DNA of 64,000 nt from Candidatus Aminicenantales bacterium (GCA_049512315.1 JBEKXF010000022.1:1-64000); one strand, 5' to 3'; shown: positions 40,932 to 51,134, numbered from the stretch's first letter. Made by a program: numbers and translations. Notes: generated by a model from the sequence alone, not told the origin.

Positions 40932-41087
40932 GGGAAGCCTCCTCTCCGGGCGCCGCGCCGGCCCGGCCTCGAAGCATATCCTTTTGGAAGGCAAAAAACA
41001 ATGGCTCGGCCCTGCCAAAGGGAGCGTTTTCAACGGGCCGGCGGGCTTGCCTCACCGTTTCTTTTCGTGTATCCTAGGAAGTTCGAA

Positions 41088-41969
41088 ATGAAGATATCCC
41101 GACGGAACCCGGGTCTGCCGCAGCTCGCGGCGCTTTCCCTGCTCCTCTTCCCGGCCTTTTCGACCGCGGCTCCTCTCCGGAATCACGCCGGCGGCTTCCC
41201 GCGGGAGGACATTTCGCTTTCCTTGAGGGAAAAAGTCATCCGGGACCTCAGCTCGTCCGGCCTCACCCTGGCCTTCCACATCGTTGTCATGAACAGAGCG
41301 ACGTCGGACCGGGAGCTCGTCCGGTACCGTTATCGGGTCACCATCAACCAGAGGGAATTCCTCAACATATCGGTGAGCCTGGACGAACCTCTCTCCGTGC
41401 CCGGCGGGCGGGATACGCTGATCGCCCTGCCCGTGAAGATCTCCTATCCCTTGCTCTTCGAGGCTGTGGGCCTGGTTGAGGAAAAGGCCCTGTGCGACAT
41501 CGTCGGGGACATGGTCTTCGCCGACGACAGGAAGCGGGAGGAGAAAATCGGCTTCGCCTTTCCCGGAGAGTTTCCCATCTTCAAGGACCCGGAGGTCGAT
41601 TTCCTCCCCCTCAAGGTCAACGACCTGACCGTCGGCGGGGCCGACGTCGTCTTCCAGCCCCGGTTCAAGAACTTCAACAGTTACGAGCTCATCGTCACCC
41701 GGATCAGCTACAGCCTCTCCTTCGGGGAGAAGGACGTCCTCTCCGGCCTCATCCCCGGGGACAAGAGCCTGCCGCGCTCCGGCGACCGGGCCTTTTCCCT
41801 GCCTTTCATCATCGATTTTTTCGAGGCGGGAAAAGACGTCCGGGACCTTTTCCAGAAGCCGGTCCTGCCCTGCCGCCTGGTGGGCGAGATCGAGATCGCT
41901 TCCGCTTGGGGCCGGCTCCTCATCCACTTCGATAAGTCTCAGACCGTGCCGGTCGAGAAATCGCCCTGA
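41088..41969 (+). CDS. Secreted protein with tandem LEA_2/WHy-like domains
   Basis: Signal peptide; two repeats of a beta-rich L....V.N.N...L....I.Y.L pattern; 3' part of ORF 39894..41969. Confidence 0.6.
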   Translation: MKISRRNPGLPQLAALSLLLFPAFSTAAPLRNHAGGFPREDISLSLREKVIRDLSSSGLTLAFHIVVMNRATSDRELVRYRYRVTINQREFLNISVSLDEPLSVPGGRDTLIALPVKISYPLLFEAVGLVEEKALCDIVGDMVFADDRKREEKIGFAFPGEFPIFKDPEVDFLPLKVNDLTVGGADVVFQPRFKNFNSYELIVTRISYSLSFGEKDVLSGLIPGDKSLPRSGDRAFSLPFIIDFFEAGKDVRDLFQKPVLPCRLVGEIEIASAWGRLLIHFDKSQTVPVEKSP

Positions 41970-42026
41970 CCGCCGGCCGGCGCGCCGGGAAAAACGGCGC
42001 TCCAGCCATTCCCTTGAGTGAACCAT

Positions 42027-42054
42027 AAAAAAAGGGCCGGCTTGCGGCCGGCCC
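42027..42054 (-). terminator. Rho-independent terminator of the outer-membrane barrel gene
   Basis: Minus strand GGGCCGGC-CGCAA-GCCGGCCC followed by T7. Confidence 0.85.
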
Positions 42055-42089
42055 CGTGTGAGTCGGGAAGAGGGTGGTTGGCCCGGGTC

Positions 42090-42881
42090 TCAGAACCAGT
42101 AATTGAACCCGATGCTCAGCGAGAGTCCGCTCAGGTCGAACTTGTCGTATTCCGGGGCGGGGAAAGCCTCTCGAAAATTGACCTTGGCGTAGTGATAACG
42201 GGCTTCGGCCTCGATCGTCATCCGGTATCCGACGGGGATCATGACCCCGGCGAAGGCGTGGCCGCCGAGGACGACCCGCGTCTCATGGGCGTCGGCTCCC
42301 ACGACCGGATAGACTGACACATCGCCCAAGTCGGGATCGGAATAGGTATATTCCTGGCTGAAATCGACGATCGATCCCCAGACACTCGCACTCACGAAGT
42401 AGGCCCCGATGCCGCCGCCCACGTAAGGAATGACGCGCGTTTTGCGGCCGAGCGGCGTGAGCTTGAGAGAGAACTGGACGGGCGTCATGGACACATGGAA
42501 GGTATGCAAAATGTCGCTCCCGTTAAAATTCCCCGCCGGGAAGGCGAAATCCTGCTGGACGCCGCCATTGTCCAATGTGTTCGCTACCCAATCCAGATAG
42601 TATCCGCCGTTCTCCTTGCTGAAAAAGTCCACCGAAATGGCGAAGCTGAGTTGCGGGGTTAGGAAGAACTCATAACCGGCTCCCAGGATGGACCCGCGAT
42701 AATCGCTCTTCAGCATGCTCATCTGGGAGAGCTCGATGGCCCACAGGCTGTCGGGATGGGCCGCCAGGTTGTTCAAGGCCTGAGGCATGTAATAGCCGAG
42801 CCTGACAGTCAGCATGTCGGAATACGCCAAGGAAGGAATAAGGATGATCAAGGCCGCCATCAGGATGGTCGTTTTTTTCAT
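42090..42881 (-). CDS. Outer-membrane beta-barrel protein (OmpW/OmpA-TM-like)
   Basis: Signal peptide, amphipathic strands, PYVGGGIG, C-terminal GFNYWF barrel signal. Confidence 0.8.
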   Translation of the reverse strand: MKKTTILMAALIILIPSLAYSDMLTVRLGYYMPQALNNLAAHPDSLWAIELSQMSMLKSDYRGSILGAGYEFFLTPQLSFAISVDFFSKENGGYYLDWVANTLDNGGVQQDFAFPAGNFNGSDILHTFHVSMTPVQFSLKLTPLGRKTRVIPYVGGGIGAYFVSASVWGSIVDFSQEYTYSDPDLGDVSVYPVVGADAHETRVVLGGHAFAGVMIPVGYRMTIEAEARYHYAKVNFREAFPAPEYDKFDLSGLSLSIGFNYWF

Positions 42882-42908
42882 GTTGTTTCTCCTTACGCCT
42901 ATTATTAT

Positions 42909-42924
42909 AGCAAAAACCGTGCCA
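42909..42924 (-). promoter_or_regulatory. sigma54 (-24/-12) promoter
   Basis: Minus strand TGGCAC-GGTTT-TTGCT, exact consensus, ending 28 nt before the barrel gene ATG. Confidence 0.85.
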
Positions 42925-43006
42925 GAAGGGGTGCAGGTGAGACCAGGGAGAGGGGAGCCCGGCGTTGTGTTAAAAAAAGGTCAGATGTCCTCCGGAGCGG
43001 CCCGGG

Positions 43007-43035
43007 TTGACATTTGGGCCTCCCCCTCTTACCAT
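43007..43035 (+). promoter_or_regulatory. sigma70-type promoter of tsaC
   Basis: TTGACA-17 nt-TACCAT. Confidence 0.65.
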
Positions 43036-43055
43036 TCCGTCGGGGAAAAGAACCC

Positions 43056-43694
43056 ATGAAAACGACGATCCTGAAGATAAACCCGGCCGCCGTCGATCCC
43101 GGCCTGATCGGGGAGGTCGCGTCCGTCCTCCTGAAGGACGGGGTCATGGTTTATCCGACGGAGACATTCTACGGGCTGGGGGCCGCCGGGCTTTCGGCCA
43201 AGGCCGTCTCGAGGATCTATGAGCTGAAAGGCCGGGACCCTGCCAAACCCCTCTCGGTCATTGTCGCCGACCTGGAGATGGTCAGGGAGATCGCCGGGCA
43301 CCTGACGCCGGCCTTCCTGACCTTGGCCGGGGAGTTCTGGCCCGGCCCGCTGACCCTCGTCGTCAAATCCGCCTCTTCATGTCCCGTCTTTTTGGCCGGA
43401 CCCGGCGGCACGATCGCGGTCCGCATCCCGCCCGTCGCCTGGATCCGGAGGCTCGCCTACGAATTGAGCCAGCCGCTGACGGCGACGAGCGCCAACCTCT
43501 CTGGGGAAAAGGAGATGTCCGAGCCCGCCGATGTGGTCGCCGGTTTCGGCGGGAAAGTCGAGTTGATCGTCGACGGCGGGAGGACGCCCGGCGGCGCGCC
43601 GTCCACGATCGTGGACCTGGTCGGGCCCGAACCACGGGTTCTTCGGGAAGGGATAATCCCGGCGAAAAAGATCCGGGCCGCCCTCAAGAGCTGA
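43056..43694 (+). CDS. tsaC: L-threonylcarbamoyladenylate synthase (YrdC/Sua5 domain only)
   Basis: YPTETFYGL, K.R...KPL, FWPGPLT, TSANLSG, PSTIVD. Confidence 0.93.
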   Translation: MKTTILKINPAAVDPGLIGEVASVLLKDGVMVYPTETFYGLGAAGLSAKAVSRIYELKGRDPAKPLSVIVADLEMVREIAGHLTPAFLTLAGEFWPGPLTLVVKSASSCPVFLAGPGGTIAVRIPPVAWIRRLAYELSQPLTATSANLSGEKEMSEPADVVAGFGGKVELIVDGGRTPGGAPSTIVDLVGPEPRVLREGIIPAKKIRAALKS

Positions 43695-43735
43695 GGGCTG
43701 AGCGAAACAGGAGCCCAGCCGGTCCTGGCTCCCCC

Positions 43736-45709
43736 TTACTTCACAACCGCGCCGGCCGCGACTTCCCTGTCGAAAAAGGGGATGAGGGCCTTGTCGTCCA
43801 CGACCGCCGCAAGGAGCATGGCCTGGGATTCGACGCCCCGGATGACGGCGGGCTTCAGGTTGCAGATGACGATGAGCTTTCTCCCGACCAGGTCCTCTGG
43901 CGCGTAGGTTTCGGCGATCCCGGCCACCATCTGGCGTTTCTCCGTCCCGATATCGACTTCGAGCTTGAGGAGCTTTGTCGCGCCCGGGATCCGCTCGGCC
44001 TTGAGAATGTGAGCGACCCGGAGGTCCATCTTCTTGAATTCGTCGTAGGTGATGATGTCCATCGCTTTCGGTCCCTCCTTTTTTGTTTCGGCTGTCGAAG
44101 CAGGAGCAGGCTGGGGAGCGGCCGCCGCGCCGTCCGGTTCTTCGCCCAGGAAATCCTTCAGGGCCACCCGCGGGAAGAGGGCCTGGGGCGTCCCGAACTT
44201 CCGGCCGGGCTTGGGATCATCAAATCTCAAGCTCTCGAACCGGACCTCGGCCGGCTTTTTCCCCTCCCCGAGGAACCCCCAGATCTTTTCCGCCGACCCC
44301 GGCATCACCGGGGAGATGAGATAGGCGATGCCCCGGATGGCCGCGGCGGTCTGGAAGAGGATCCGGGCGAGCCGGCCTTTCCGGCCGGGGTCCTTGGCCA
44401 GGATCCAGGGCTCGTGGTCCGCGAGGTACTTGTTGACGAGGCTGACATAGCCCCATATTTCCTCGAGGGCCTTGTTCAGGGCGCAGGCGGCATAGTGGTC
44501 GAAGACCCGGGACTTCAGGCCCTCGAATTCCGTCCGCAGCCGCGGGTCGTCGCCGGACTCGGCGTCCATGTCGGCGATAACACCGCCGAAGTAATTCCGG
44601 ATCATCGTCAAGGTCCGCTGGACCAAGTTCCCCAGGTCGTTGGCCAGGTCCGAATTGACCCGGTGGAGGAAGCCCTCGTGGGAGAAATTCCCGTCCTGGC
44701 CGATGGGGATCTCCCGGAGGAGGAAATACCGCAGCGGATCGGGCCCGAAGGTTTTAAGGATCGTCTGGGGGTCCAGGACATTCCCCTTGGATTTGGACAT
44801 CTTGCAGTCGTCTTTGAGCCACCAGCCGTGGCCATAGACCGTGCCGGGGAGGGGGAAGCCGGCCGCCATCAGGAAGGCCGGCCAGTAGACGGCGTGAAAC
44901 CTGAGGATGTCCTTGCCGACGAGGTGGATCGTCGCCGGCCAGAATTTATCGAAGAGGGCCGGATTCCAGTCGTAACCGATTCCCGTCACATAGTTCAGGA
45001 GGGCGTCGAACCAGACGTAGATCGTGTGGGCCGGGTCGCCTGGCACGGGCACGCCCCATTTGACCGTGGTCCTGGTGATGCTCAGGTCCTTGAGCCCGCC
45101 CCGGACGAAGCTGGCGACCTCGTTCATCCGGCTCTGCGGCCGGACGAACTCCGGATGGGTGGCGTAAAGGTCGAGAAGCTTCTGCTGGTAGGCCGAAAGC
45201 CGGAAGAAATAAGTCGGCTCGGAGACGACCGTGGCCTTCTTGCCGCAGTCGGGACAAGTCTTGCATCCTTCTTTATCGAGAGGCACGTCGTCGGCGAGGA
45301 AATTCTCGTCGGAGACGCAGTACCAGCCCTTGTATTCACCCTTATAGATATCGCCCTGGTCGAGAAGCTTCTGGAAGATCTTCTGGACGCCTCGCTCGTG
45401 GAAGTCCATGGTCGTCCGGATGAAAAAATCGTAAGAGATGTCCAGGGCCTTCCAGAGGTCCTGGGCCCGGCCGACGACCGAATCCGCCAGGGCCTTGGGC
45501 GTCATTCCCTTTTCCGCGGCCGCCTTCTCGATCTTCTGCCCGTGTTCGTCCGTCCCGGTCAGGAAGAAGACCTCCTTCCCGGCGAGCTTCTGGAACCGGG
45601 CCAGGGCGTCGGCGATGATTGTCGTGTAGGCGTGGCCGATATGCGGGACGTCATTGACGTAATAGATCGGCGTGGTGATGTAAAACCTTCCTTCAGATTT
45701 CTTTTCCAC
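43736..45709 (-). CDS. metG: Methionyl-tRNA synthetase with C-terminal tRNA-binding OB domain
   Basis: [33 protein letters not shown] start overlapping folE. Confidence 0.97.
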   Translation of the reverse strand: MEKKSEGRFYITTPIYYVNDVPHIGHAYTTIIADALARFQKLAGKEVFFLTGTDEHGQKIEKAAAEKGMTPKALADSVVGRAQDLWKALDISYDFFIRTTMDFHERGVQKIFQKLLDQGDIYKGEYKGWYCVSDENFLADDVPLDKEGCKTCPDCGKKATVVSEPTYFFRLSAYQQKLLDLYATHPEFVRPQSRMNEVASFVRGGLKDLSITRTTVKWGVPVPGDPAHTIYVWFDALLNYVTGIGYDWNPALFDKFWPATIHLVGKDILRFHAVYWPAFLMAAGFPLPGTVYGHGWWLKDDCKMSKSKGNVLDPQTILKTFGPDPLRYFLLREIPIGQDGNFSHEGFLHRVNSDLANDLGNLVQRTLTMIRNYFGGVIADMDAESGDDPRLRTEFEGLKSRVFDHYAACALNKALEEIWGYVSLVNKYLADHEPWILAKDPGRKGRLARILFQTAAAIRGIAYLISPVMPGSAEKIWGFLGEGKKPAEVRFESLRFDDPKPGRKFGTPQALFPRVALKDFLGEEPDGAAAAPQPAPASTAETKKEGPKAMDIITYDEFKKMDLRVAHILKAERIPGATKLLKLEVDIGTEKRQMVAGIAETYAPEDLVGRKLIVICNLKPAVIRGVESQAMLLAAVVDDKALIPFFDREVAAGAVVK

Positions 45710-46274
45710 TGAGAGCTCCTCCTCGGATGAACATCATGGCCTCGGCCCGGGTCGCCGGGTTCGTCCGGAAGGACCCGCGGACAGCCGAAGTCACCGTGAT
45801 CGATTTGGGCTTCTTGGCCCCTCGCATGGACATGCACATATGCTCGGCCTCGATCACAACCATGACGCCCAGGGGCTTCAGGTGCTTGTCGAGGAGGTCG
45901 GCGATCTGTTTCGTCAACCGCTCCTGGACCTGAAGCCGCCTAGAAAGCTCCTCCACCACCCGGGCGATCTTGCTCAGCCCGACGATCCGCCCGCCTTTGG
46001 GGATATAGGCCACGTGGGCGACCCCGGCGAAGGGCAGGAGGTGATGCTCGCACATCGAATACAGCGGGATGTTCTTGACCAGGACCATCTCATCGTGCTT
46101 CTCGTCCTCGATGACCCGGAGGGTCCGGGTCGCCTCCTTCTCGGTCCCGCCGAGGATCTCGGCGAACATGCGGGCCACCCGTTGGGGTGTCTCCCGGATC
46201 CCGGCCCTCTGCGGGTCCTCGCCGACGCCCTCGAGGACGAGCCGGACCCCTTTTTCGATCTTTTTAATGTCCAT
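45693..46274 (-). CDS. folE: GTP cyclohydrolase I
   Basis: [33 protein letters not shown]. Confidence 0.97.
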   Translation of the reverse strand: MDIKKIEKGVRLVLEGVGEDPQRAGIRETPQRVARMFAEILGGTEKEATRTLRVIEDEKHDEMVLVKNIPLYSMCEHHLLPFAGVAHVAYIPKGGRIVGLSKIARVVEELSRRLQVQERLTKQIADLLDKHLKPLGVMVVIEAEHMCMSMRGAKKPKSITVTSAVRGSFRTNPATRAEAMMFIRGGALSGKEI

Positions 46275-46304
46275 CGTCGCTCCTTCGCCCCGGCCGCCGT
46301 CCCG

Positions 46305-47474
46305 TTACCGTTTCCTGTAGTACTCGCAGATAGCCAGTTGGGCGATTTCCTTGAGAGGCCTTTTCGTCTTCCGGGCGGCCTTGACGCAGTCCTCGTACTC
46401 GGGCTGGGCGTTGACCTCTTTTCCCCCGAGAGAACCGACCTTGACGCCGACCGGCTCTCCGGCGACCCGCACGGTCTTGAAGGCGCGGTCGAGGACCCGC
46501 CGTTCGACGGGGAAGTAGCGGACGCCGATCGAGGTTGTTTCCCTAAAAACGGCCTCTATGAGAGCGTCTATTCTATCAATTGCCGCGAGCAGGGTCAATT
46601 TGGTCCCCAGCCGGTTCTTCTTCATCACGATGGGGGAGAGGGTGGCGTCCAGGGCCCCTTCCTCGAAGGCCGTCTCGAGGAAATGGGCCAGGAGCTGGGG
46701 GGAGGCGTCGTCGAGAGTCGCCTCGATGACGAAGACGCGCTTGCCCGCCTCGAAATGCCGCGCGTTGCCGTAGAACACCCGCAGGATGTTCGGCATCTCG
46801 TGGAAATCCTTGCTCCCCGCGCCGTACCCGATCTTGTCGTAGACGAGCTCAGGAAGCCTGCTGAACTTCTTGACCAGGGTGGAGACGATGGCCGCGCCGG
46901 TCGGCGTCACGAGCTCGGACGCGACCCAGGCGGAATAAACGGGTGCGCCCTTGAGCATCTCGGCCACGGCCGGCGGCGGGACGGGCAGGACGCCGTGCGA
47001 AGTTTTGACCCATCCCGATCCGACGTTGAGAGGGGTGGCGTGGAATATTCCGATATTGAGCTCCTCAGTCAGGAACGCCGAGCCGACGATGTCGACGAGC
47101 GCGTCGTCGGCCCCGGCCTCGTGGAGGTGGGCCTCATGGAGTTTCCGGCCGTGGACTTTGGCCTCAGCTTCGAAAAGCCTCCGGAAGATCACGACGGCGC
47201 GGTCCTTGACCGCTCCCGGGAACCGGCTCCGGACGATGATTTTCTCCACGTCGGCCAGCGTCCGCTCGACGTGGATGTCCTCCCGGACATGGACATCCAC
47301 CTTGAGGGCCCCGAAAGCGCCGCGCCTGACGCGGCGGATCTCGATCTCAACGGGGAGGCGAAGCCCGGCCATCTTCTCCTTGAAATGGTCACGGTCGACG
47401 CCGAGGTCGAGGAGGGCGCCGAGGATCATGTCGCCGGAGAGACCGGACGAACCGTCGAAATAGGCGTATTTCAT
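46305..47474 (-). CDS. larC: Nickel-pincer cofactor biosynthesis protein LarC
   Basis: SGLSGDMILGALLDLG, AEAKVHG, HEAG..D..VDIVG, ELVTPTGAA, MKKNR.G, ETTSIGVR, PEYED. Confidence 0.92.
   Translation of the reverse strand: MKYAYFDGSSGLSGDMILGALLDLGVDRDHFKEKMAGLRLPVEIEIRRVRRGAFGALKVDVHVREDIHVERTLADVEKIIVRSRFPGAVKDRAVVIFRRLFEAEAKVHGRKLHEAHLHEAGADDALVDIVGSAFLTEELNIGIFHATPLNVGSGWVKTSHGVLPVPPPAVAEMLKGAPVYSAWVASELVTPTGAAIVSTLVKKFSRLPELVYDKIGYGAGSKDFHEMPNILRVFYGNARHFEAGKRVFVIEATLDDASPQLLAHFLETAFEEGALDATLSPIVMKKNRLGTKLTLLAAIDRIDALIEAVFRETTSIGVRYFPVERRVLDRAFKTVRVAGEPVGVKVGSLGGKEVNAQPEYEDCVKAARKTKRPLKEIAQLAICEYYRKR
46570..46598 (-). promoter_or_regulatory. Intragenic sigma70-type promoter in larC facing folE-metG
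   Basis: Minus strand TTGACC-17 nt-TAGAAT with extended TG, in a patch of AT-rich synonymous codons. Confidence 0.65.
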
Positions 47475-47629
47475 ACCGTTTATCCTTTTGGGAGCACCGC
47501 CATGGCCCGTCGAATTCGCCCCCTAGGATATCGCTTTCCAGGCCAAAAAGCAAAGAGGCTTCGACGATCAACAGGATGCCCGCTTGACTTGATCGCGCGG
47601 AAAAAGGTATATGAGGATGAGGAGGCGCC

Positions 47630-48523
47630 ATGGCCCGAATAAACAAAGCCAAAGGACCGTGCGCAGATATCGGCATTCTGGGGGGGACCGGGCTCTACGA
47701 GATCGATGGCCTGACCGACGTCCGGGAAATTCGCCTCCAAACCCCCTTCGGCGACCCCTCGGACCCATTCTTCGTCGGCACCCTGGAAGGAAAGCGGGTG
47801 GCCTTCCTGAGCCGCCACGGCCGCGGCCACCGGCTCCTCCCCGCCGAGGTCAACTACCGGGCCAACGTCTATGGGTTCAAGATGCTGGGCGTCGGCCGGA
47901 TCATTTCCGTGAATTCCGTGGGCTCCCTCAAGGCGGACATCCGGCCCAGGGACATCGTCCTCGCCGACCAGTTCTTCGACCGGACGCGCCGGGCCAGCAC
48001 TTTTTTCGGGGGCGGGCTCGTCGCCCACATCAGCTTCGGCCAACCCGTCTGCCCGGAGCTATCGCGGTCCGTCTATGACGCGGCCATCGGACTGGGACTC
48101 AGGGCCCACCCCGGGGGCACATACATCTCGATCGAGGGGCCGGCCTTCTCAAGCAAGGCCGAATCCATCATTTACAAGTCCTGGGGCTGCGACGTTATCG
48201 GCATGACGGCCGCGACCGAAGCCAAGCTCTGCCGCGAAGCGGAGATCTGCTACGCCACGATGAACCTCGTCACCGATTACGACGTCTGGCACGCCGAGGA
48301 GGAGGCGGTGTCCGTGAAGCTCATCCTCCAGAACCTGTGGCACAATATCGGGAACGCCAAGGCCGTCATCAAGCGGGCGGTCGCCGGGCTCGGCCCCGGT
48401 CAGCCCGACACCTGCGGTTGCGGCCGGGCCCTCCGGAACACGATCGTCACGAGCCCGGACCTCATCCCGGCCGAAACGCGGGAAAAGCTCGGGCTCCTGG
48501 TCGGGAAATACCTCCAGCCTTGA
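47630..48523 (+). CDS. mtnP: S-methyl-5'-thioadenosine phosphorylase
   Basis: GILGGTG, TPFGDPS, RHGRGH, EGPAFS, IGMT, TDYDVW. Confidence 0.92.
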   Translation: MARINKAKGPCADIGILGGTGLYEIDGLTDVREIRLQTPFGDPSDPFFVGTLEGKRVAFLSRHGRGHRLLPAEVNYRANVYGFKMLGVGRIISVNSVGSLKADIRPRDIVLADQFFDRTRRASTFFGGGLVAHISFGQPVCPELSRSVYDAAIGLGLRAHPGGTYISIEGPAFSSKAESIIYKSWGCDVIGMTAATEAKLCREAEICYATMNLVTDYDVWHAEEEAVSVKLILQNLWHNIGNAKAVIKRAVAGLGPGQPDTCGCGRALRNTIVTSPDLIPAETREKLGLLVGKYLQP

Positions 48524-48538
48524 TCGCCGGGTGGACAC

Positions 48539-49438
48539 ATGAGCCTTGTCATCATCGGGTCCGTCGCTTTTGACACCATCGAGACGCCCTTCGGCCGCCG
48601 GGCCCGGATCTTGGGCGGCTCCGGGACCTACTGCTCGCTCGCAGCCGGCTACTTCACCCGTCCCAGCATCGTGGGCGTCGTCGGCCGGGATTTCCCGAAA
48701 AAGGCGATCGCTTTCCTGAAGGCAAGACGTGTCGACCTGCGCGGGCTCAAAGTCAGGTCGGGGAAGACCTTCCACTGGGAGGGCCGTTACGAAAAGGACC
48801 CCAACATCAGGAAGACCGTCCGGACGGAGCTCAACGTCTTCAAGGATTTCCGGCCCGAGGTCCCCGCCGCCTACGCCAAGGCCGACATCGTCTACCTCGC
48901 GAATATCGACCCCGACGGTCACGAGTTCATCCTTCGGCAGTTCCAATCGCCCAAGGTCGTCGCCATGGATACGATCCGCTTCTGGATCGAGACGAAGAGA
49001 GAAGCGCTCATCCGTGAGCTCGGCCGGGTCAACGTGCTTTTCGCCAACGACGAGGAGGCCAGGCTCCTTTCCGGCGAGCTGAACCTCGTCGCGGCGGGCC
49101 GGGCGCTCGTCAGGTACGGCCCCTCCCTCGTCGTGTTGAAAAAGGGCGAGCATGGGGCCCTCGTCTTCGGTCGGGATTTCGTCTTCGGCGTCCTGGCCCA
49201 CCCCTGCGCCCTTGTCATCGATCCGACCGGCGCCGGCGACTCCTTCGCGGGGGGGTTCCTCGGTTACCTCGACCGGGCGGAGAGCTTCGCCCGCCGGGAG
49301 GTCCGGCGGGCCGCTGTTTACGGCAGCGTTCTGGCCTCTTTCGCCATCGAGGACTTCGGCATCGACCGCTTCCGGACCCTGGACCGGGCCGCGATCGAAG
49401 GCCGGTTCCGCGATTTCAAGAAACTGATCTCTTTTTGA
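48539..49438 (+). CDS. PfkB-family carbohydrate/nucleoside kinase
   Basis: GSVAFD, LGGSG, DPTGAGDSFAGG. Confidence 0.92.
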   Translation: MSLVIIGSVAFDTIETPFGRRARILGGSGTYCSLAAGYFTRPSIVGVVGRDFPKKAIAFLKARRVDLRGLKVRSGKTFHWEGRYEKDPNIRKTVRTELNVFKDFRPEVPAAYAKADIVYLANIDPDGHEFILRQFQSPKVVAMDTIRFWIETKREALIRELGRVNVLFANDEEARLLSGELNLVAAGRALVRYGPSLVVLKKGEHGALVFGRDFVFGVLAHPCALVIDPTGAGDSFAGGFLGYLDRAESFARREVRRAAVYGSVLASFAIEDFGIDRFRTLDRAAIEGRFRDFKKLISF

Positions 49439-49490
49439 CAGCGTGCGCCACAGCCCGGACAGGCGAGGCGGGCGGAAAGGGAGGAAAAAC

Positions 49491-50873
49491 ATGGCTGAGA
49501 TCAAAATGCCGGTGGAGCCTTATCGGATCAAGGTGATCGAGCCGATCCGGGCCGTTCCGCGCAAGGAGAGGGAGGTCCTCCTCCGGCAATCCGGATACAA
49601 CGTGTTCGGCATCCCCGCGGAAAAGGTCACCATCGACCTCCTGACGGACTCCGGGACCTCCGCCATGAGCGACGATCAGTGGGCCGGAATCATGACCGGC
49701 GACGAATCCTACGCCGGGGCCAGGAACTTCTTCCATCTGGAGAAGTCCGTCCAAGGGATCTTCGGCTTCACCCATGTGATCCCCACCCACCAGGGCCGGG
49801 CCGCCGAGAGGATCCTGTTCGGCGCCATGGTCAAAAAAGGGGATTATGTCCCGAACAACATCCACTTCGACACGACCCGGGCCAATATCGAGTTTCTGGA
49901 AGCGCGGGCCGTGAATCTGGTCAGGCCCGCGGCCTACGACCCGGATTCGGACGGCCCGTTCAAGGGCGACATGGACGTGGCCGGGCTGAAAAAGTTCATC
50001 GAGACCAAGGGCGTCAAAAAGATCCCGCTCGTCATGATGACCGTGACCAACAACAGCGGAGGAGGGCAGCCCGTCTCCCTCAAGAACATCAAGGAAGTCA
50101 GCCAGGTCTGCGCCCATTACGAGATCCCTTTCTTCTTCGACGCCTGCCGGTTTGCCGAGAACGCCTTTTTCATCAAGAGGCGAGAGAAGGGCTATGAGAA
50201 GAAGAGCGTCCTCGAGATCGCCCAGGAGATGTTCTCCTACGCCGACGGCGCGACCATGAGCGGGAAGAAGGACGCCCTGGTCAACATCGGCGGTTTCGTT
50301 ACCTTCGACGACGACGGCCTGGCCGAGAAGGTCAAGAACCTCCTCATCATCAGCGAGGGCTTCACGACCTACGGCGGGCTCGCCGGTCGGGATCTCGAGG
50401 CCATGGCCCGGGGCCTGAACGAGGCCTTGGACGAGGATTACCTGGAACATAGGACGGCCCAGGTGGCCTACCTCGGCGGCCTGCTCCACCGCGCCGGCGT
50501 GCCGGTCTTCAGGCCCTTCGGCGGCCATGCCGTTTACATCCTGGCCGACCGCTTCCTGCCGCATATCCCGAGGTCTCAGTATCCGGGTTGGGCCCTTACG
50601 GTAGCCCTTTACCGTGAGTTCGGCATCCGGGCCGTCGAGATCGGGGGGGTGATGTTCGGCCAGAAGACAGGAAAAGGGAAAAAGGAGGTCTACCCCGAGC
50701 TCGAGATGGTCCGGCTGGCCATTCCTCGGCGGGTCTACACGGCCTCCCACCTCCAGGCCGTCGCCGAAGCCCTCATCGAGCTCCACAAGAACCGGGAGAA
50801 GATCCGTGGCCTGAGGATCGTCCGGGAGTCGCCCTTCCTCCGGCACTTCACCGCGCGGCTCGAGGAAATCTAG
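49491..50873 (+). CDS. tnaA: Tryptophanase (tryptophanase/tyrosine phenol-lyase family)
   Basis: EPYRIK, IDLLTDSGT, THQGRAAE, MSGKKD (PLP Lys), RLAIPRRVY, LRHFTARL; Trp vs Tyr specificity not certain. Confidence 0.85.
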   Translation: MAEIKMPVEPYRIKVIEPIRAVPRKEREVLLRQSGYNVFGIPAEKVTIDLLTDSGTSAMSDDQWAGIMTGDESYAGARNFFHLEKSVQGIFGFTHVIPTHQGRAAERILFGAMVKKGDYVPNNIHFDTTRANIEFLEARAVNLVRPAAYDPDSDGPFKGDMDVAGLKKFIETKGVKKIPLVMMTVTNNSGGGQPVSLKNIKEVSQVCAHYEIPFFFDACRFAENAFFIKRREKGYEKKSVLEIAQEMFSYADGATMSGKKDALVNIGGFVTFDDDGLAEKVKNLLIISEGFTTYGGLAGRDLEAMARGLNEALDEDYLEHRTAQVAYLGGLLHRAGVPVFRPFGGHAVYILADRFLPHIPRSQYPGWALTVALYREFGIRAVEIGGVMFGQKTGKGKKEVYPELEMVRLAIPRRVYTASHLQAVAEALIELHKNREKIRGLRIVRESPFLRHFTARLEEI

Positions 50874-50890
50874 GCAATCCTCTCGGCGCT

Positions 50891-51068
50891 TCTTCTGAAG
50901 GATGCGGACTCGGGGGGAGTCCCTCCGAAAAGCGTGGGATTCCCCAGCGAGGAATCCCACTCTGTGATCGCTCCGCTCTCCTCTCGCTGCGCTCGAGGAA
51001 CCGTGCCCGCGTCGCGCTCAATGTTTTCTCCGGGACATCCCCCCTGCGTCCGCTGATCTTTCTGAGGA
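50891..51068. other. Multi-stem structured intergenic element (MITE/REP-like or ncRNA)
   Basis: Nested inverted repeats GCGGAC/GTCCGC, G6/C6, GTCCC/GGGAC, GAAAA/TTTTC enclosing the hairpin GTGGGATTCC/GGAATCCCAC. Confidence 0.65.
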
Positions 51069-51134
51069 CGATTCGGAAGGCGTGAGAAACCGGGATGGGG
51101 AGCGAATCCTTCCTGTCAGGCTTGAGCTTCTGGA

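Noticed and set aside
49438..49490. tnaC-type leader peptide upstream of tryptophanase
   Set aside because: The gap is only ~50 nt, with no Trp-containing short ORF.
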